Shown piece after piece: positions 30,985-40,393 of a DNA stretch of 64,000 nucleotides (position 1 is the stretch's first letter; every line of letters starts with the position of its first letter). Position numbers and translations under genes: made by a program. A model generated the notes under the pieces. That model did no database searches. It saw only the letters and a program-made list of their open reading frames with translations, and was not told the DNA's origin. The stretch comes from an uncultured Bacteroides sp. (lineage in GTDB: Bacteria > Bacteroidota > Bacteroidia > Bacteroidales > Bacteroidaceae), in the NCBI GenBank assembly GCA_905203765.1, contig CAJKXC010000001.1, positions 13,916-77,915 on the forward strand, in the 5' to 3' direction.

Positions 30985-33294
30985 ATGAAAAAGTTAAGTA
31001 TCATTTTAGGATTGTTGCTCCTTTGTATCTCTTTAAAAGCAACAAACAAGATCAGCGGTAAAGTTACCGACGAAAGTACCAACCAAGGCATCGAATATGC
31101 CAACGTCAGCCTGATGGCACAAGACTCTACCTTCATCACCGGAGTTGCCACAGACAGTGACGGCAATTTCTTGCTGAAGGAAGTGAAGGACGGAGATTAC
31201 ATCCTGTACATCTCGTGCATCGGTTATGACAATTCCTACCTCTCCATCCGCAACCTGAAAGCAAACCTGCAACTGGGTGAACTACCTTTATCCGCCAACA
31301 GTGTGCTTCTGGAAGGAGTTACCGTCACGGCAAGCCCCGTAGTAAAGAAGACCGACCGCCAAATCATTCTCCCCACCGAGATGCAGACCAAAGCAGCTTC
31401 CAACGGGCTCACCCTGCTGAGAAACCTGCAACTGTCCCGCATCATCATCAACCCGATAAACAACAGCATCAGCGCTCCCGGCGGAGATAACGTACAGCTC
31501 CGCATCAACGGCATAGAAGTAACGCAAGCCGAAGTCATTGCCATCCGCCCTGCCGATGTCATCCGCATAGAATACATTGACAATCCCGGAGCGCGTTACG
31601 GAAACGTTGCTGCCGTGCTGAACTACATCGTGAAGAGAAGGGAATCGGGCGGCAACGTCTCGGCAGATTTATCTAATGGAGTATCTCCCAAGACGGGATA
31701 TGGTGAGAACAACCTCTCCGCCAAGTACAACTTCAATAAGTCGGAAATCAGCACCACCGCCTACTGGGGACGAAGGGACTTGAAGTGGACGCGCGAGAAC
31801 TACGAGAGTTTCCGCTTCCCGGAAGCGTTTCAGGAGAACAAGGAGATAGGCGAGCCTACCAAGATAAAATACGATGCCCTCAACCTCAATCTTAATTACA
31901 GCTACCAGGACAACGATAAGCAGCTTCTCAATATTGCCCTGAGAAACAACTACACCGATACGCCCCACTCCATGTCGGACAGAATCAGCACGCTGCACGA
32001 GGGAGAAACGGTCTACTCCATATCCGACCTTTCTTCTTCCAAAGTCGTTATCCCCTCGCTGGACATCTACTACCAGCGGAATCTGAAGAACAAACAGACC
32101 ATCTATGCAGACGTGGTAGCTTCCTACCTGGACAGCAAGAACGACCGAACCTTTGTACAGAAGATGCTGGATGACGACGATACAGACATCTGCTCGAACA
32201 CCAAGGGGCGGAAGTATTCCGTTATCGGCGAAGGAATCTATGAAAAGCAGTTCGATGGCGGAAAGTTTACAGGCGGAGTCAAGCATACGCAGGCACATCT
32301 GCAGAATACGTATTCCGGCAATGTAGATGATAAGATTACGATGAACACGGCAGAAACTTATCTTTTCGCCGAATACCAATCGAAGATAAAAGACTTGAAC
32401 TATACCGTAGGGATAGGCGCTATGAGAACTTACAACAGCCAGGGCAGGGCTTCTTCGGAGAAATACATCTTCAAACCCACCCTGAGCCTGTCCTATTCGA
32501 TAAACGGGCAGTGGTTTTTCAGATATAACGGATATGTGTCGGGCTATGCCCCTTCCCTCTCTGACCTGAACGACATTTCGCAGGCAATGGATAAGTATCA
32601 GATTCGCAAAGGAAACCCCGGCCTAAAATCCGTGACGTTTGCAGCCAACACACTGACGGCAAGCTGGCAAAGCAAGTATATCTCCGTAGAACTGTTCGGA
32701 AGATACAGTTATGACAACAAGCCCATGATGGAAAGCACTTATTATGAGGACGGGCATTTCATCCGGACTACGGAGAACCATAAAGGCTTCCATCGGATTA
32801 ACCTGGAGACAACGATACAGCTCCGGCCTTTTAAAGAATACATTGCCCTCAAGATAACCCCTTTTCTGAACCGGTACGTCAGTTACGGCAATACGTACAC
32901 CCATACGCATACCAACGCAGGACTGCGCGGCAACCTCATGGCGATGTATAAGAACTGGGTGCTCATGGCGGAAATGAATACAAGCAACCATGTACTATGG
33001 GGAGAGACCTTGACGAAAGAGGAGAAACTGCACACCATCATGGCAGGCTACAATACGGAGAAGTGGAGCATCTCTGCCGGAGTGCTGAACCCGTTCACAA
33101 AGAAGTACGAACAAGAAACGGAGAATCTGTCGAAGCTGGCTCCCTACCGCCAACTGGCATATTCCACGAACTTAAGCCCGATGTTTATGGTGAATGTATC
33201 TTTCAGCCTGGACTTCGGAAAGAGCCGGAGCAGCCATGGGCGGAGAATAAACAATGCAGATGTCGATACGGGAATCCTATCGGGAAACAAGTAA
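30985..33294 (+). CDS. TonB-dependent-receptor-like outer-membrane beta-barrel protein, no SusD partner
   Basis: Signal peptide, CarboxypepD_reg-like ISGKVTD...ISCIGY, LEGVTVTA, plug-like RIEYIDNPGARY, GNPGLK, amphipathic strands. Confidence 0.85.
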   Translation: MKKLSIILGLLLLCISLKATNKISGKVTDESTNQGIEYANVSLMAQDSTFITGVATDSDGNFLLKEVKDGDYILYISCIGYDNSYLSIRNLKANLQLGELPLSANSVLLEGVTVTASPVVKKTDRQIILPTEMQTKAASNGLTLLRNLQLSRIIINPINNSISAPGGDNVQLRINGIEVTQAEVIAIRPADVIRIEYIDNPGARYGNVAAVLNYIVKRRESGGNVSADLSNGVSPKTGYGENNLSAKYNFNKSEISTTAYWGRRDLKWTRENYESFRFPEAFQENKEIGEPTKIKYDALNLNLNYSYQDNDKQLLNIALRNNYTDTPHSMSDRISTLHEGETVYSISDLSSSKVVIPSLDIYYQRNLKNKQTIYADVVASYLDSKNDRTFVQKMLDDDDTDICSNTKGRKYSVIGEGIYEKQFDGGKFTGGVKHTQAHLQNTYSGNVDDKITMNTAETYLFAEYQSKIKDLNYTVGIGAMRTYNSQGRASSEKYIFKPTLSLSYSINGQWFFRYNGYVSGYAPSLSDLNDISQAMDKYQIRKGNPGLKSVTFAANTLTASWQSKYISVELFGRYSYDNKPMMESTYYEDGHFIRTTENHKGFHRINLETTIQLRPFKEYIALKITPFLNRYVSYGNTYTHTHTNAGLRGNLMAMYKNWVLMAEMNTSNHVLWGETLTKEEKLHTIMAGYNTEKWSISAGVLNPFTKKYEQETENLSKLAPYRQLAYSTNLSPMFMVNVSFSLDFGKSRSSHGRRINNADVDTGILSGNK

Positions 33295-33295
33295 C

Positions 33296-35431
33296 TTACT
33301 TACTGATTTTTAATTCCTGAATCAGATTCGCGGCTCCGCCGTACTTATCTATCATAAACAAGATGTAGCGGACATCCACTCCGATGGTCCGCTGCATCTT
33401 CGGTTCGTAAAGGATGTCACTGCTCATGGCTTCCCAGTTCCCATCGAAAGCCAGGCCGAGCAACTCGCCACGGGCATTGAACATGGCGCTGCCCGAGTTA
33501 CCGCCTGTGATGTCATTGTTGGAGATGAAGCAGACGTTCATTTCCCCTTCCTTATCGGCATATCTGCCGAAGTCACCGGAAGAGAGCAGAGAAAGTATCT
33601 CCGGCTCTACCTCGAAGTCCACATCGCCTGCGTGCTTCTTTGCCTTCTCCAGTACACCTTTGGTCGTGGTATAGTAATCGTACTCCGCGCCGTCGAAAGG
33701 AGTATAACCGCACACAGTGCCGAAGCTCAGACGCATGCTGAAGTTGGCGTCGGGATAGAAGTTGCGGGATGCGTACATCCGGCGTACGGCAGCATTCAGT
33801 TGGCGCTCACCGCGCACAATCCCGGTAGAGGCTTGCTGCATCTGGATATTCATCTCGAAGAATTTCGTAATCAGGTCGATGCCCAACGTAACAGCAGGGT
33901 CATCGTATATCTGATAAGTGCTGTCCTGTTCGAGGAAACGCTTCAATCCGCGGGGAGTGGTCAACTCCGAACGGGCATAAAGACTGTCTATGTATGCCTG
34001 CTCATTCCCGCCGTATGCCACGGCTATCGTATCATAGACTGCCGGCAGATAGGCGGAGTCCACCTTTGAACGGTATTCCTTGAGCATGGCGGTGAATACT
34101 TCTTTGTCGATGCCCAAGTCGAGGTTGGCGTACTTCTCTACAATGGCTTTCAGACTGGCAACTACGTCCTCTTCCTCTCCATCGAAATCCAAGTTCAGGA
34201 TGGTGAGGGCAAGCTGCACCAGTTCGGGACCGTTCAGGAAGGATTCTACAAAGTAGGCTTGCGCACGATTGGTTTCGCGACGGCTCTTGTAGTTCAGTTC
34301 CAGGTCAGGAAAGAGTTGCAGCAGTTGTTCGCGCTCTGCGGGCGTCTGCCCGATCCAGCGGCGGAGTTCTTGCTCCATCGCCCGCTTCTTGTCCAGCACA
34401 TGCAGTTTGCGGATGGCCTGGTTCACGCCGATGCTGTTCTTCCAGTAATTGGAACTCTCATCGTATTTAGAGGCATACTTGATGCGGATGCTGTCGCGGC
34501 TATCCATCTCACGCTTCCAGATGGCCTGTTTGATGCCGCGCACGTCTATCTGTGCCTGGTTGCTGTTGTTCATCATTTCCTCGATGCCGAAAGAAGAGAG
34601 ATAGCGCTCCGTACTGCCGGGATAGCCCATAGTCATACAGAAAGAGCCTTCATGGTAGCCGTCCAAAGAGATGGGGGCTACATAGTCGGGGTGATAAGGT
34701 ACATTGTCGGGAGAGTAATCGGCAGGGCGGTTGTGCTTGTCGGCATAGATGCGGAATACGCTGAAGTCGCCTGTATGCCGCGGCCACTCCCAGTTGTCGG
34801 TATCCCAACCGAACTTGCCCACCGAAGAAGGGGGAGCAAACACCAGGCGCACATCATTGTAATCGCGATAGACGGAAAGCCAGAATTCATTGCCGCCATA
34901 GTAAGCATCTACAATACCTATCAGCGTGGAATCCTTCTGCGAAACTTCCTCACCGATAACCAGCATCACGGAATCGACCATACTGGACCGTTCCGCCTCA
35001 TCCATTCCCGGATTTACAGCAGCAAGCACCCGCTTCGTCACGTCTTCCTGGCGAAGCAGGAAGCGGACATAAAGTTCCGGATTCGGCAATTCTTCCTCAT
35101 AGCTGCGTGCCACAAAGCCGTCTTTCAGGTAATCGTGTTCCACCGAGGAGTGCTGCTGTATGCTGCTGAACCCGCAATGATGATTGGTAAATACCAGCCC
35201 GTCTTCCGACACCACCACCCCGGAGCAGAATCCGCCAAAACTGACCACCGCATCCTTCAAGGAAGGGCGCTTCGGATTGTAAAGTTTATCCGCCGGCATC
35301 TGCAAACCGAGTTCTTTCATGGCCTGGCGTGTCTGCTTGTTCAGGTTTCCCAGCATCCACATCCCTTCATCCGCCCGCCCGGTCAATGCGCAAAGGCAGC
35401 AAACGGCTATAATTATGGTTCTTAATTTCAT
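33296..35431 (-). CDS. S46 dipeptidyl-peptidase, DPP7-like
   Basis: ADEGMW, FTNHHC, DNWEWPRHTGDFS, TGGNSGS; AFDGNWEAM has Gly at the position that is Arg in DPP11. Confidence 0.92.
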   Translation of the reverse strand: MKLRTIIIAVCCLCALTGRADEGMWMLGNLNKQTRQAMKELGLQMPADKLYNPKRPSLKDAVVSFGGFCSGVVVSEDGLVFTNHHCGFSSIQQHSSVEHDYLKDGFVARSYEEELPNPELYVRFLLRQEDVTKRVLAAVNPGMDEAERSSMVDSVMLVIGEEVSQKDSTLIGIVDAYYGGNEFWLSVYRDYNDVRLVFAPPSSVGKFGWDTDNWEWPRHTGDFSVFRIYADKHNRPADYSPDNVPYHPDYVAPISLDGYHEGSFCMTMGYPGSTERYLSSFGIEEMMNNSNQAQIDVRGIKQAIWKREMDSRDSIRIKYASKYDESSNYWKNSIGVNQAIRKLHVLDKKRAMEQELRRWIGQTPAEREQLLQLFPDLELNYKSRRETNRAQAYFVESFLNGPELVQLALTILNLDFDGEEEDVVASLKAIVEKYANLDLGIDKEVFTAMLKEYRSKVDSAYLPAVYDTIAVAYGGNEQAYIDSLYARSELTTPRGLKRFLEQDSTYQIYDDPAVTLGIDLITKFFEMNIQMQQASTGIVRGERQLNAAVRRMYASRNFYPDANFSMRLSFGTVCGYTPFDGAEYDYYTTTKGVLEKAKKHAGDVDFEVEPEILSLLSSGDFGRYADKEGEMNVCFISNNDITGGNSGSAMFNARGELLGLAFDGNWEAMSSDILYEPKMQRTIGVDVRYILFMIDKYGGAANLIQELKISK

Positions 35432-35468
35432 TCTATACTATCATTACAAATTGATAAACCACAGTATC

Positions 35469-35503
35469 CTACCAACTACTTACTACTATCTACTTACTAC
35501 TAA
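35469..35503. repeat. Five 7-bp CTAC(T/C)NN tandem units
   Basis: CTACCAA CTACTTA CTACTAT CTACTTA CTACTAA. Confidence 0.8.
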
Positions 35504-35508
35504 TCCCA

Positions 35509-36879
35509 TCATTCCGCAATCAGCCTCAACTGCTTAGCGCCGGTACGCGCTTTAAGCCATTCGGCTATCTTCTCTTTTTCATGTGCATCGGGATGCTTGC
35601 CAAACTTCAACACAGCAAGGGTTACGGTATCTACCCGTACCGAGTCTATCGTCAACTCAATGGCATGGGAGATAGAAAGCGTCTTCACAGACGGGTAGAG
35701 CACTTTCAGTTCGGGGATGATGGTTTTGCCCAATTCATCAAAGGATTTGTACCTCTGCAAATTCTTTTCCAGGTCTGCTATCTTCTGCTTCTGCTCTACC
35801 AGGCGCTCTTCACTGTTCTTGTAGAAGTCTTCCATTACCATGGCACGGATGGAAGAGATGTCTATCGCTTCGTTATTCATTCCCTGAAGCACGGTCAACT
35901 TGGTATTGCTCAGTTGATAATCTTTCATCTTGCCACGGGCTATGGCGATAGAGGCTTCGGGTACTTCCTGCCCTATCAGCACGACGCGGATTTCGCGTTC
36001 TTTACCGTCGTGATGAATCTTCTTGTCCAGTACCTGGGTATTCTCAAAAGAGAGTTGCTCGCTCACAAAGCGGTTGGCAGCACTTTCAAAGAAAGTCTCC
36101 TGGATGATACCGACCGTCAGGTACACGGCAGGACACATCGTAAGAACGGCTATCAGGATGATATACTTACGGACTTTCTTCTCCCTGTTCTTATCCACAA
36201 ACTCCTTGCGCTGGAAGTGCATTACCCGCACGCCTATAAATGTAGCCAGGCTGATGAATACGGAATTGATGAAATAAAGGTAGAAGGCACCCAGGAAGTA
36301 AATCAAATTGCCCGTTGCCAGTCCGTAACCGGCAGTACAGAGGGGCGGCATCAAGGCGGTGGCAATGGCTACGCCGGGAATCACATTCCCTTTCTCTGTG
36401 GTAGAGAGCGCCGTTACACCTGCCAGACCACCCATCAGGGCTATCAGTACATCGTAAATGGTAGGCGAAGTGCGTGCCAGCAACTCCGATTGTCCTTCGG
36501 CAACCGGGCTGACCAGGAAGAAGATGGTAGCCGTTGTAACACTGAACAAAGTTGTTATCAAGAAACTCTTCAGCGAGCGCTTCATCAGTTCAAAGTCATT
36601 CAGACCTACCGAAAGTCCCACACCCATGATAGGTCCCATCAAAGGAGAGATAAGCATGGCGCCGATAATCACGGCGGTAGAGTTGACATTCAGCCCCAAT
36701 GACGCCATGAAGATGGCGAATATAAGAATCCACAGGTTGGCACCCTTGAACTCTACCCCCTTACGGATGGAATCGACGGTGGCAAGTTCGTTGTCTTTAT
36801 CCTTGCGCAAGTCAAGATAGTCCTTCAAGAAGGTCTTGATGGCAAACGTGTTTCTGTTTTCGGGATTGGTTGGTTCCAT
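35509..36879 (-). CDS. DUF389/TIGR00341-family membrane protein
   Basis: STAVIIGAMLISPLMGPI, ELLARTSP, PGVAIATALMPPLC. Confidence 0.9.
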   Translation of the reverse strand: MEPTNPENRNTFAIKTFLKDYLDLRKDKDNELATVDSIRKGVEFKGANLWILIFAIFMASLGLNVNSTAVIIGAMLISPLMGPIMGVGLSVGLNDFELMKRSLKSFLITTLFSVTTATIFFLVSPVAEGQSELLARTSPTIYDVLIALMGGLAGVTALSTTEKGNVIPGVAIATALMPPLCTAGYGLATGNLIYFLGAFYLYFINSVFISLATFIGVRVMHFQRKEFVDKNREKKVRKYIILIAVLTMCPAVYLTVGIIQETFFESAANRFVSEQLSFENTQVLDKKIHHDGKEREIRVVLIGQEVPEASIAIARGKMKDYQLSNTKLTVLQGMNNEAIDISSIRAMVMEDFYKNSEERLVEQKQKIADLEKNLQRYKSFDELGKTIIPELKVLYPSVKTLSISHAIELTIDSVRVDTVTLAVLKFGKHPDAHEKEKIAEWLKARTGAKQLRLIAE

Positions 36880-36887
36880 AGTATTCT

Positions 36888-38333
36888 CTATTTTCTGACA
36901 AAGCGGTTAATAATCGGTATCTGGCTTAACGGCATATCACGCTTTATGACATAGGCGATAAAAAGGAACAGCAATACAGTGCGGTATGCCATGCGCAGGT
37001 AGACATTCTCAATCGGCACATACTCTGCCGCCACGTAGAGGACTGCGGCAAGCAGCACATAGCAGCCTATCGCCTTCAAGTCGTACTGGATAGGATACTT
37101 CTTCTGACCGACAAAGTATGACAACAGCATCGCCACCCCATATCCGCAGAAGCCAGCCCAGGCACATGCCATATAGCTGTATCGGGGTATCAGAAGCACA
37201 TTCATCAGCACCAGTATCGTGCAACCCACCAATGAGAAGTAGGCTCCCCAGCGGGTTTCGTCAATCAGCTTATACCAGAAGGAAAGGTTGAAGTAGATTC
37301 CCATGAAGATTTCTGCCGCCATCACAATAGGCACTACCCGCAGGCCGGGCCAATAGTCGCGCCCTATGATATGGCGCAGGATGTCCATATAGAACATCAC
37401 GGCAAGGAATGCCAGCAGGGTAAAGATGATAAAGAACTTCATGGCTTGCGCATATACCTGCTTGTTATCCTTATCGCGGCTCTTTCCGAAAACAAAAGGT
37501 TCGTATGCATAGCGGAAAGCCTGTGTAAGCATCGCCATCACCATCGCAATCTTACTGGCAGCTCCATAAATGCCCAACTGTACGGTAGCCTCTGCCTCAT
37601 CCGGATAGACAAAAGGAAAAATAATCTTATCCGCCACCTGGTTCAAGATACCTGCCAAACCCAGCACCAGCAGCGGCAGACAGTAGGCAAGCATCCGCTT
37701 CAGCAGCTTTTTATCCAGCACGTATGCAAAGCCGCGCAGTTCGGGTATCATGCAAAGCATCACCGTAGAGGTACATACCAGGTTGAAAAGGAAGGCATAG
37801 CCCACGTCGTCGCCTTTCATCCCCACATAGTAAATCAGGTTCAGCGAGATATTCAGGAAGATAAACAGCAGTTTCAGCCCGGCAAACTTAATCGGGCGCT
37901 TCTTGTAGCGAAGGTAAGCAAAAGGGATACTCTGAATGGCATCCATTGCCACCACAATCATCATCATACCTACATACCAGGGGTGTTCGCCATATTCCAG
38001 CCAGTTGGCAATGGGTTGAAGGAACAGCAATCCCAGCGCAATAAACGTCAGCGCACCGATACTGACACTGAGCAACGTGGTGGAATACACCCGCATCGGG
38101 TCGTCCTCACCTTTATTGGCAAACCGGAAGAAGCCGGTCTCCATACCGCACGTCAGCAATACCAGCAGCAATGCCACCCATGCATAGATATTCGTCACTA
38201 CACCATACCCGCCCGACTGCGCAGACAGAGCCATGGTATATACGGGTACCAGCAAGTAATTAAGGAACCTGCCTACAATGCTGCTTACCCCATAGATGGC
38301 AGTTTCCTTTGCCAAAGATTTTAGTCCAGCCAC
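36888..38333 (-). CDS. Polysaccharide biosynthesis / MOP-superfamily (Wzx-like) flippase
   Basis: GTG start; LAKETAIYG, 12 or more TM segments, NQVADK, LGIYGAASKI. Confidence 0.85.
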   Translation of the reverse strand: MAGLKSLAKETAIYGVSSIVGRFLNYLLVPVYTMALSAQSGGYGVVTNIYAWVALLLVLLTCGMETGFFRFANKGEDDPMRVYSTTLLSVSIGALTFIALGLLFLQPIANWLEYGEHPWYVGMMMIVVAMDAIQSIPFAYLRYKKRPIKFAGLKLLFIFLNISLNLIYYVGMKGDDVGYAFLFNLVCTSTVMLCMIPELRGFAYVLDKKLLKRMLAYCLPLLVLGLAGILNQVADKIIFPFVYPDEAEATVQLGIYGAASKIAMVMAMLTQAFRYAYEPFVFGKSRDKDNKQVYAQAMKFFIIFTLLAFLAVMFYMDILRHIIGRDYWPGLRVVPIVMAAEIFMGIYFNLSFWYKLIDETRWGAYFSLVGCTILVLMNVLLIPRYSYMACAWAGFCGYGVAMLLSYFVGQKKYPIQYDLKAIGCYVLLAAVLYVAAEYVPIENVYLRMAYRTVLLFLFIAYVIKRDMPLSQIPIINRFVRK

Positions 38334-38378
38334 TTTGATAATTACAAATTAATTGAATGTGAGTCCTAATAAATATTC

Positions 38379-38428
38379 TTTAGACGCGTATTCCTCAATC
38401 CGCTCCATCCGCAAAATCCGCGTCTAAA
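38379..38428. repeat. Short inverted repeat with internal 9-bp-period ATCCG units
   Basis: TTTAGACGCG...CGCGTCTAAA; ATCCG at 38398, 38407 and 38416. Confidence 0.7.
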
Positions 38429-38460
38429 AGTTATGTCGGTTCATGTTAGTCTTTCCTTCT

Positions 38461-39501
38461 CTACTCGGTGCCGAACAAAGTACGTTGGCTATTGTACAGG
38501 CTCCGTCCCAAATGCTTGTAAGCAAGTTCCGTCACTTCACGCCCGCGCGGAGTACGTTTCAGAAAGCCTTCTTTTATCAGGAACGGTTCGTAGACTTCTT
38601 CGATAGTACCGGCATCCTCGCCCAAGGCAGTGGCAATGGTAGTCAACCCTACGGGACCGCCCTTGAACTTATCGATGATAGTACAGAGTATCTTATTATC
38701 TATCTCGTCCAGACCATACTTATCAATGTTCAGTGATTCGAGTGCAAAGTTGGCTATCTCCGTATCGATGCTCCCCGAACCTTTCACCTGGGCAAAGTCG
38801 CGTACACGGCGCAGCAATGCATTGGCAATACGCGGCGTACCACGGCTGCGGCTCGCAATCTCCGCCGCCGCCCTCGTAGAACAAGGCACATCGAGGATGC
38901 TTGCCGAACGACGGATAATGCCGCTCAACACATCGTCATCGTAATACTCCAAGTGCAGATTGATTCCGAAGCGTGCACGCAACGGAGCTGTCAGCAATCC
39001 GCTGCGCGTCGTTGCTCCCACCAGGGTGAAAGGGCTCAAATCTATCTGTATGCTTCGCGCCGAAGGGCCTTTGTCTATCATGATGTCGATGCGATAATCT
39101 TCCATCGCCGAGTACAGATACTCTTCCACCACCGGCGACAGGCGATGAATCTCATCGATAAACAACACATCGTTCGGTTCGAGGCTGGTAAGTACCCCTG
39201 CCAGATCGCCCGGCTTGTCGAGCACAGGGCCGGAAGTAATCTTGAAACCAACACCCAATTCGTTGGCAATAATATTGGAGAGCGTCGTCTTTCCCAGTCC
39301 CGGGGGGCCGTGAAGCAACACATGGTCCAGCGCCTCGCCTCTTAGGCGGGCTGCCTTCACAAAGATGCGCAAGTTCTCCACCACCTTGTCCTGTCCGCTG
39401 AAGTCCTCAAAACTCAGCGGGCGCAGCGCATTCTCAAAATCACGCTCTTTGCTGGTGACGGGTTGCTGGTTACGTATGTCAAAATCGTCTTGTTCCATCA
39501 T
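38461..39501 (-). CDS. ruvB: Holliday junction branch migration helicase RuvB
   Basis: [42 protein letters not shown]. Confidence 0.98.
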   Translation of the reverse strand: MMEQDDFDIRNQQPVTSKERDFENALRPLSFEDFSGQDKVVENLRIFVKAARLRGEALDHVLLHGPPGLGKTTLSNIIANELGVGFKITSGPVLDKPGDLAGVLTSLEPNDVLFIDEIHRLSPVVEEYLYSAMEDYRIDIMIDKGPSARSIQIDLSPFTLVGATTRSGLLTAPLRARFGINLHLEYYDDDVLSGIIRRSASILDVPCSTRAAAEIASRSRGTPRIANALLRRVRDFAQVKGSGSIDTEIANFALESLNIDKYGLDEIDNKILCTIIDKFKGGPVGLTTIATALGEDAGTIEEVYEPFLIKEGFLKRTPRGREVTELAYKHLGRSLYNSQRTLFGTE

Positions 39502-39649
39502 GGATTATATTACTTAGCTATCCGGCAAGTGATGCAGCTCCAATCAGTCATGCAATAACTCCAAGCCGTAATATTCTTCTTTCTTTGCAAAATAACTAAT
39601 TTATTTTGAGATAATCTTAATAAGTTAAGCTTTTTGATTATGCGAAAGG

Positions 39650-40351
39650 TCACCGCTTCATAAACTCCTGTCGTTCTTCTTCGGAGAATTTCTCTATGGC
39701 ATAGCGTAGCATGGTGCGCGGCATCACTGTACAATGCTTTTCGAGGAACTGCACCAGCAGGTCTTTATCGCGTTTGCCCATCTCGCGAAGCATCCAGCCT
39801 ACGGCCTTATGCATCAGGTCGTGCTTGTGATGGAGAAGGCGTTCGGAGAGGGAGAGGATATCGATGAAATCGTGGTTTCGGATAAGTGTATAGGTAGAGA
39901 CGACGGCGATGCGCTGGTCCCAAAGCAGAGGGCTTTCTGCCAGGCGGTAGAGGTCTTGGCGGGGTTTGTCTTTCAGGTACTCGCCCACAATGCCGGGGGC
40001 GGAAAGGTCTACTAAATCCCAGTTGTTGATACGGCCGGTTTGCGTGAGGTAGAAGTCGTAGATGACTTTCTTCCCCTTTTCATCGCTCTTCTTGAAACGC
40101 TCCACCAACATCAGCAGGGCACAGAGGCGGCACTCGTGCCACTCGCTTTGCAGCAAGGCCGCCATTACTTCGAAAGGGGCATCTTTGTGACGCTTTGCCA
40201 CGATGCGGGTATTGGGGACAACGACGCCCAGGAACTTATCACCTTCGCCGTACTGGCCTTTTCCGGTTTTGAAGAAGCGGGGAAGGTATTCCCGCTTCAC
40301 GGGGTCAATGTATTGTTCCAGTTCGTGCTGGATGTCTTCGGCTCTTTGCAT
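39650..40351 (-). CDS. DNA alkylation repair protein (AlkD-like)
   Basis: FFKTGKGQYGEGDKFLG, NNWDLVD, HKAVGWMLREMGK, RTMLRYAIEK. Confidence 0.9.
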   Translation of the reverse strand: MQRAEDIQHELEQYIDPVKREYLPRFFKTGKGQYGEGDKFLGVVVPNTRIVAKRHKDAPFEVMAALLQSEWHECRLCALLMLVERFKKSDEKGKKVIYDFYLTQTGRINNWDLVDLSAPGIVGEYLKDKPRQDLYRLAESPLLWDQRIAVVSTYTLIRNHDFIDILSLSERLLHHKHDLMHKAVGWMLREMGKRDKDLLVQFLEKHCTVMPRTMLRYAIEKFSEEERQEFMKR

Positions 40352-40393
40352 ACTTTTCAGTCTTTAGTCTGCTGCAAAAGTAGCTTTTTCCTG

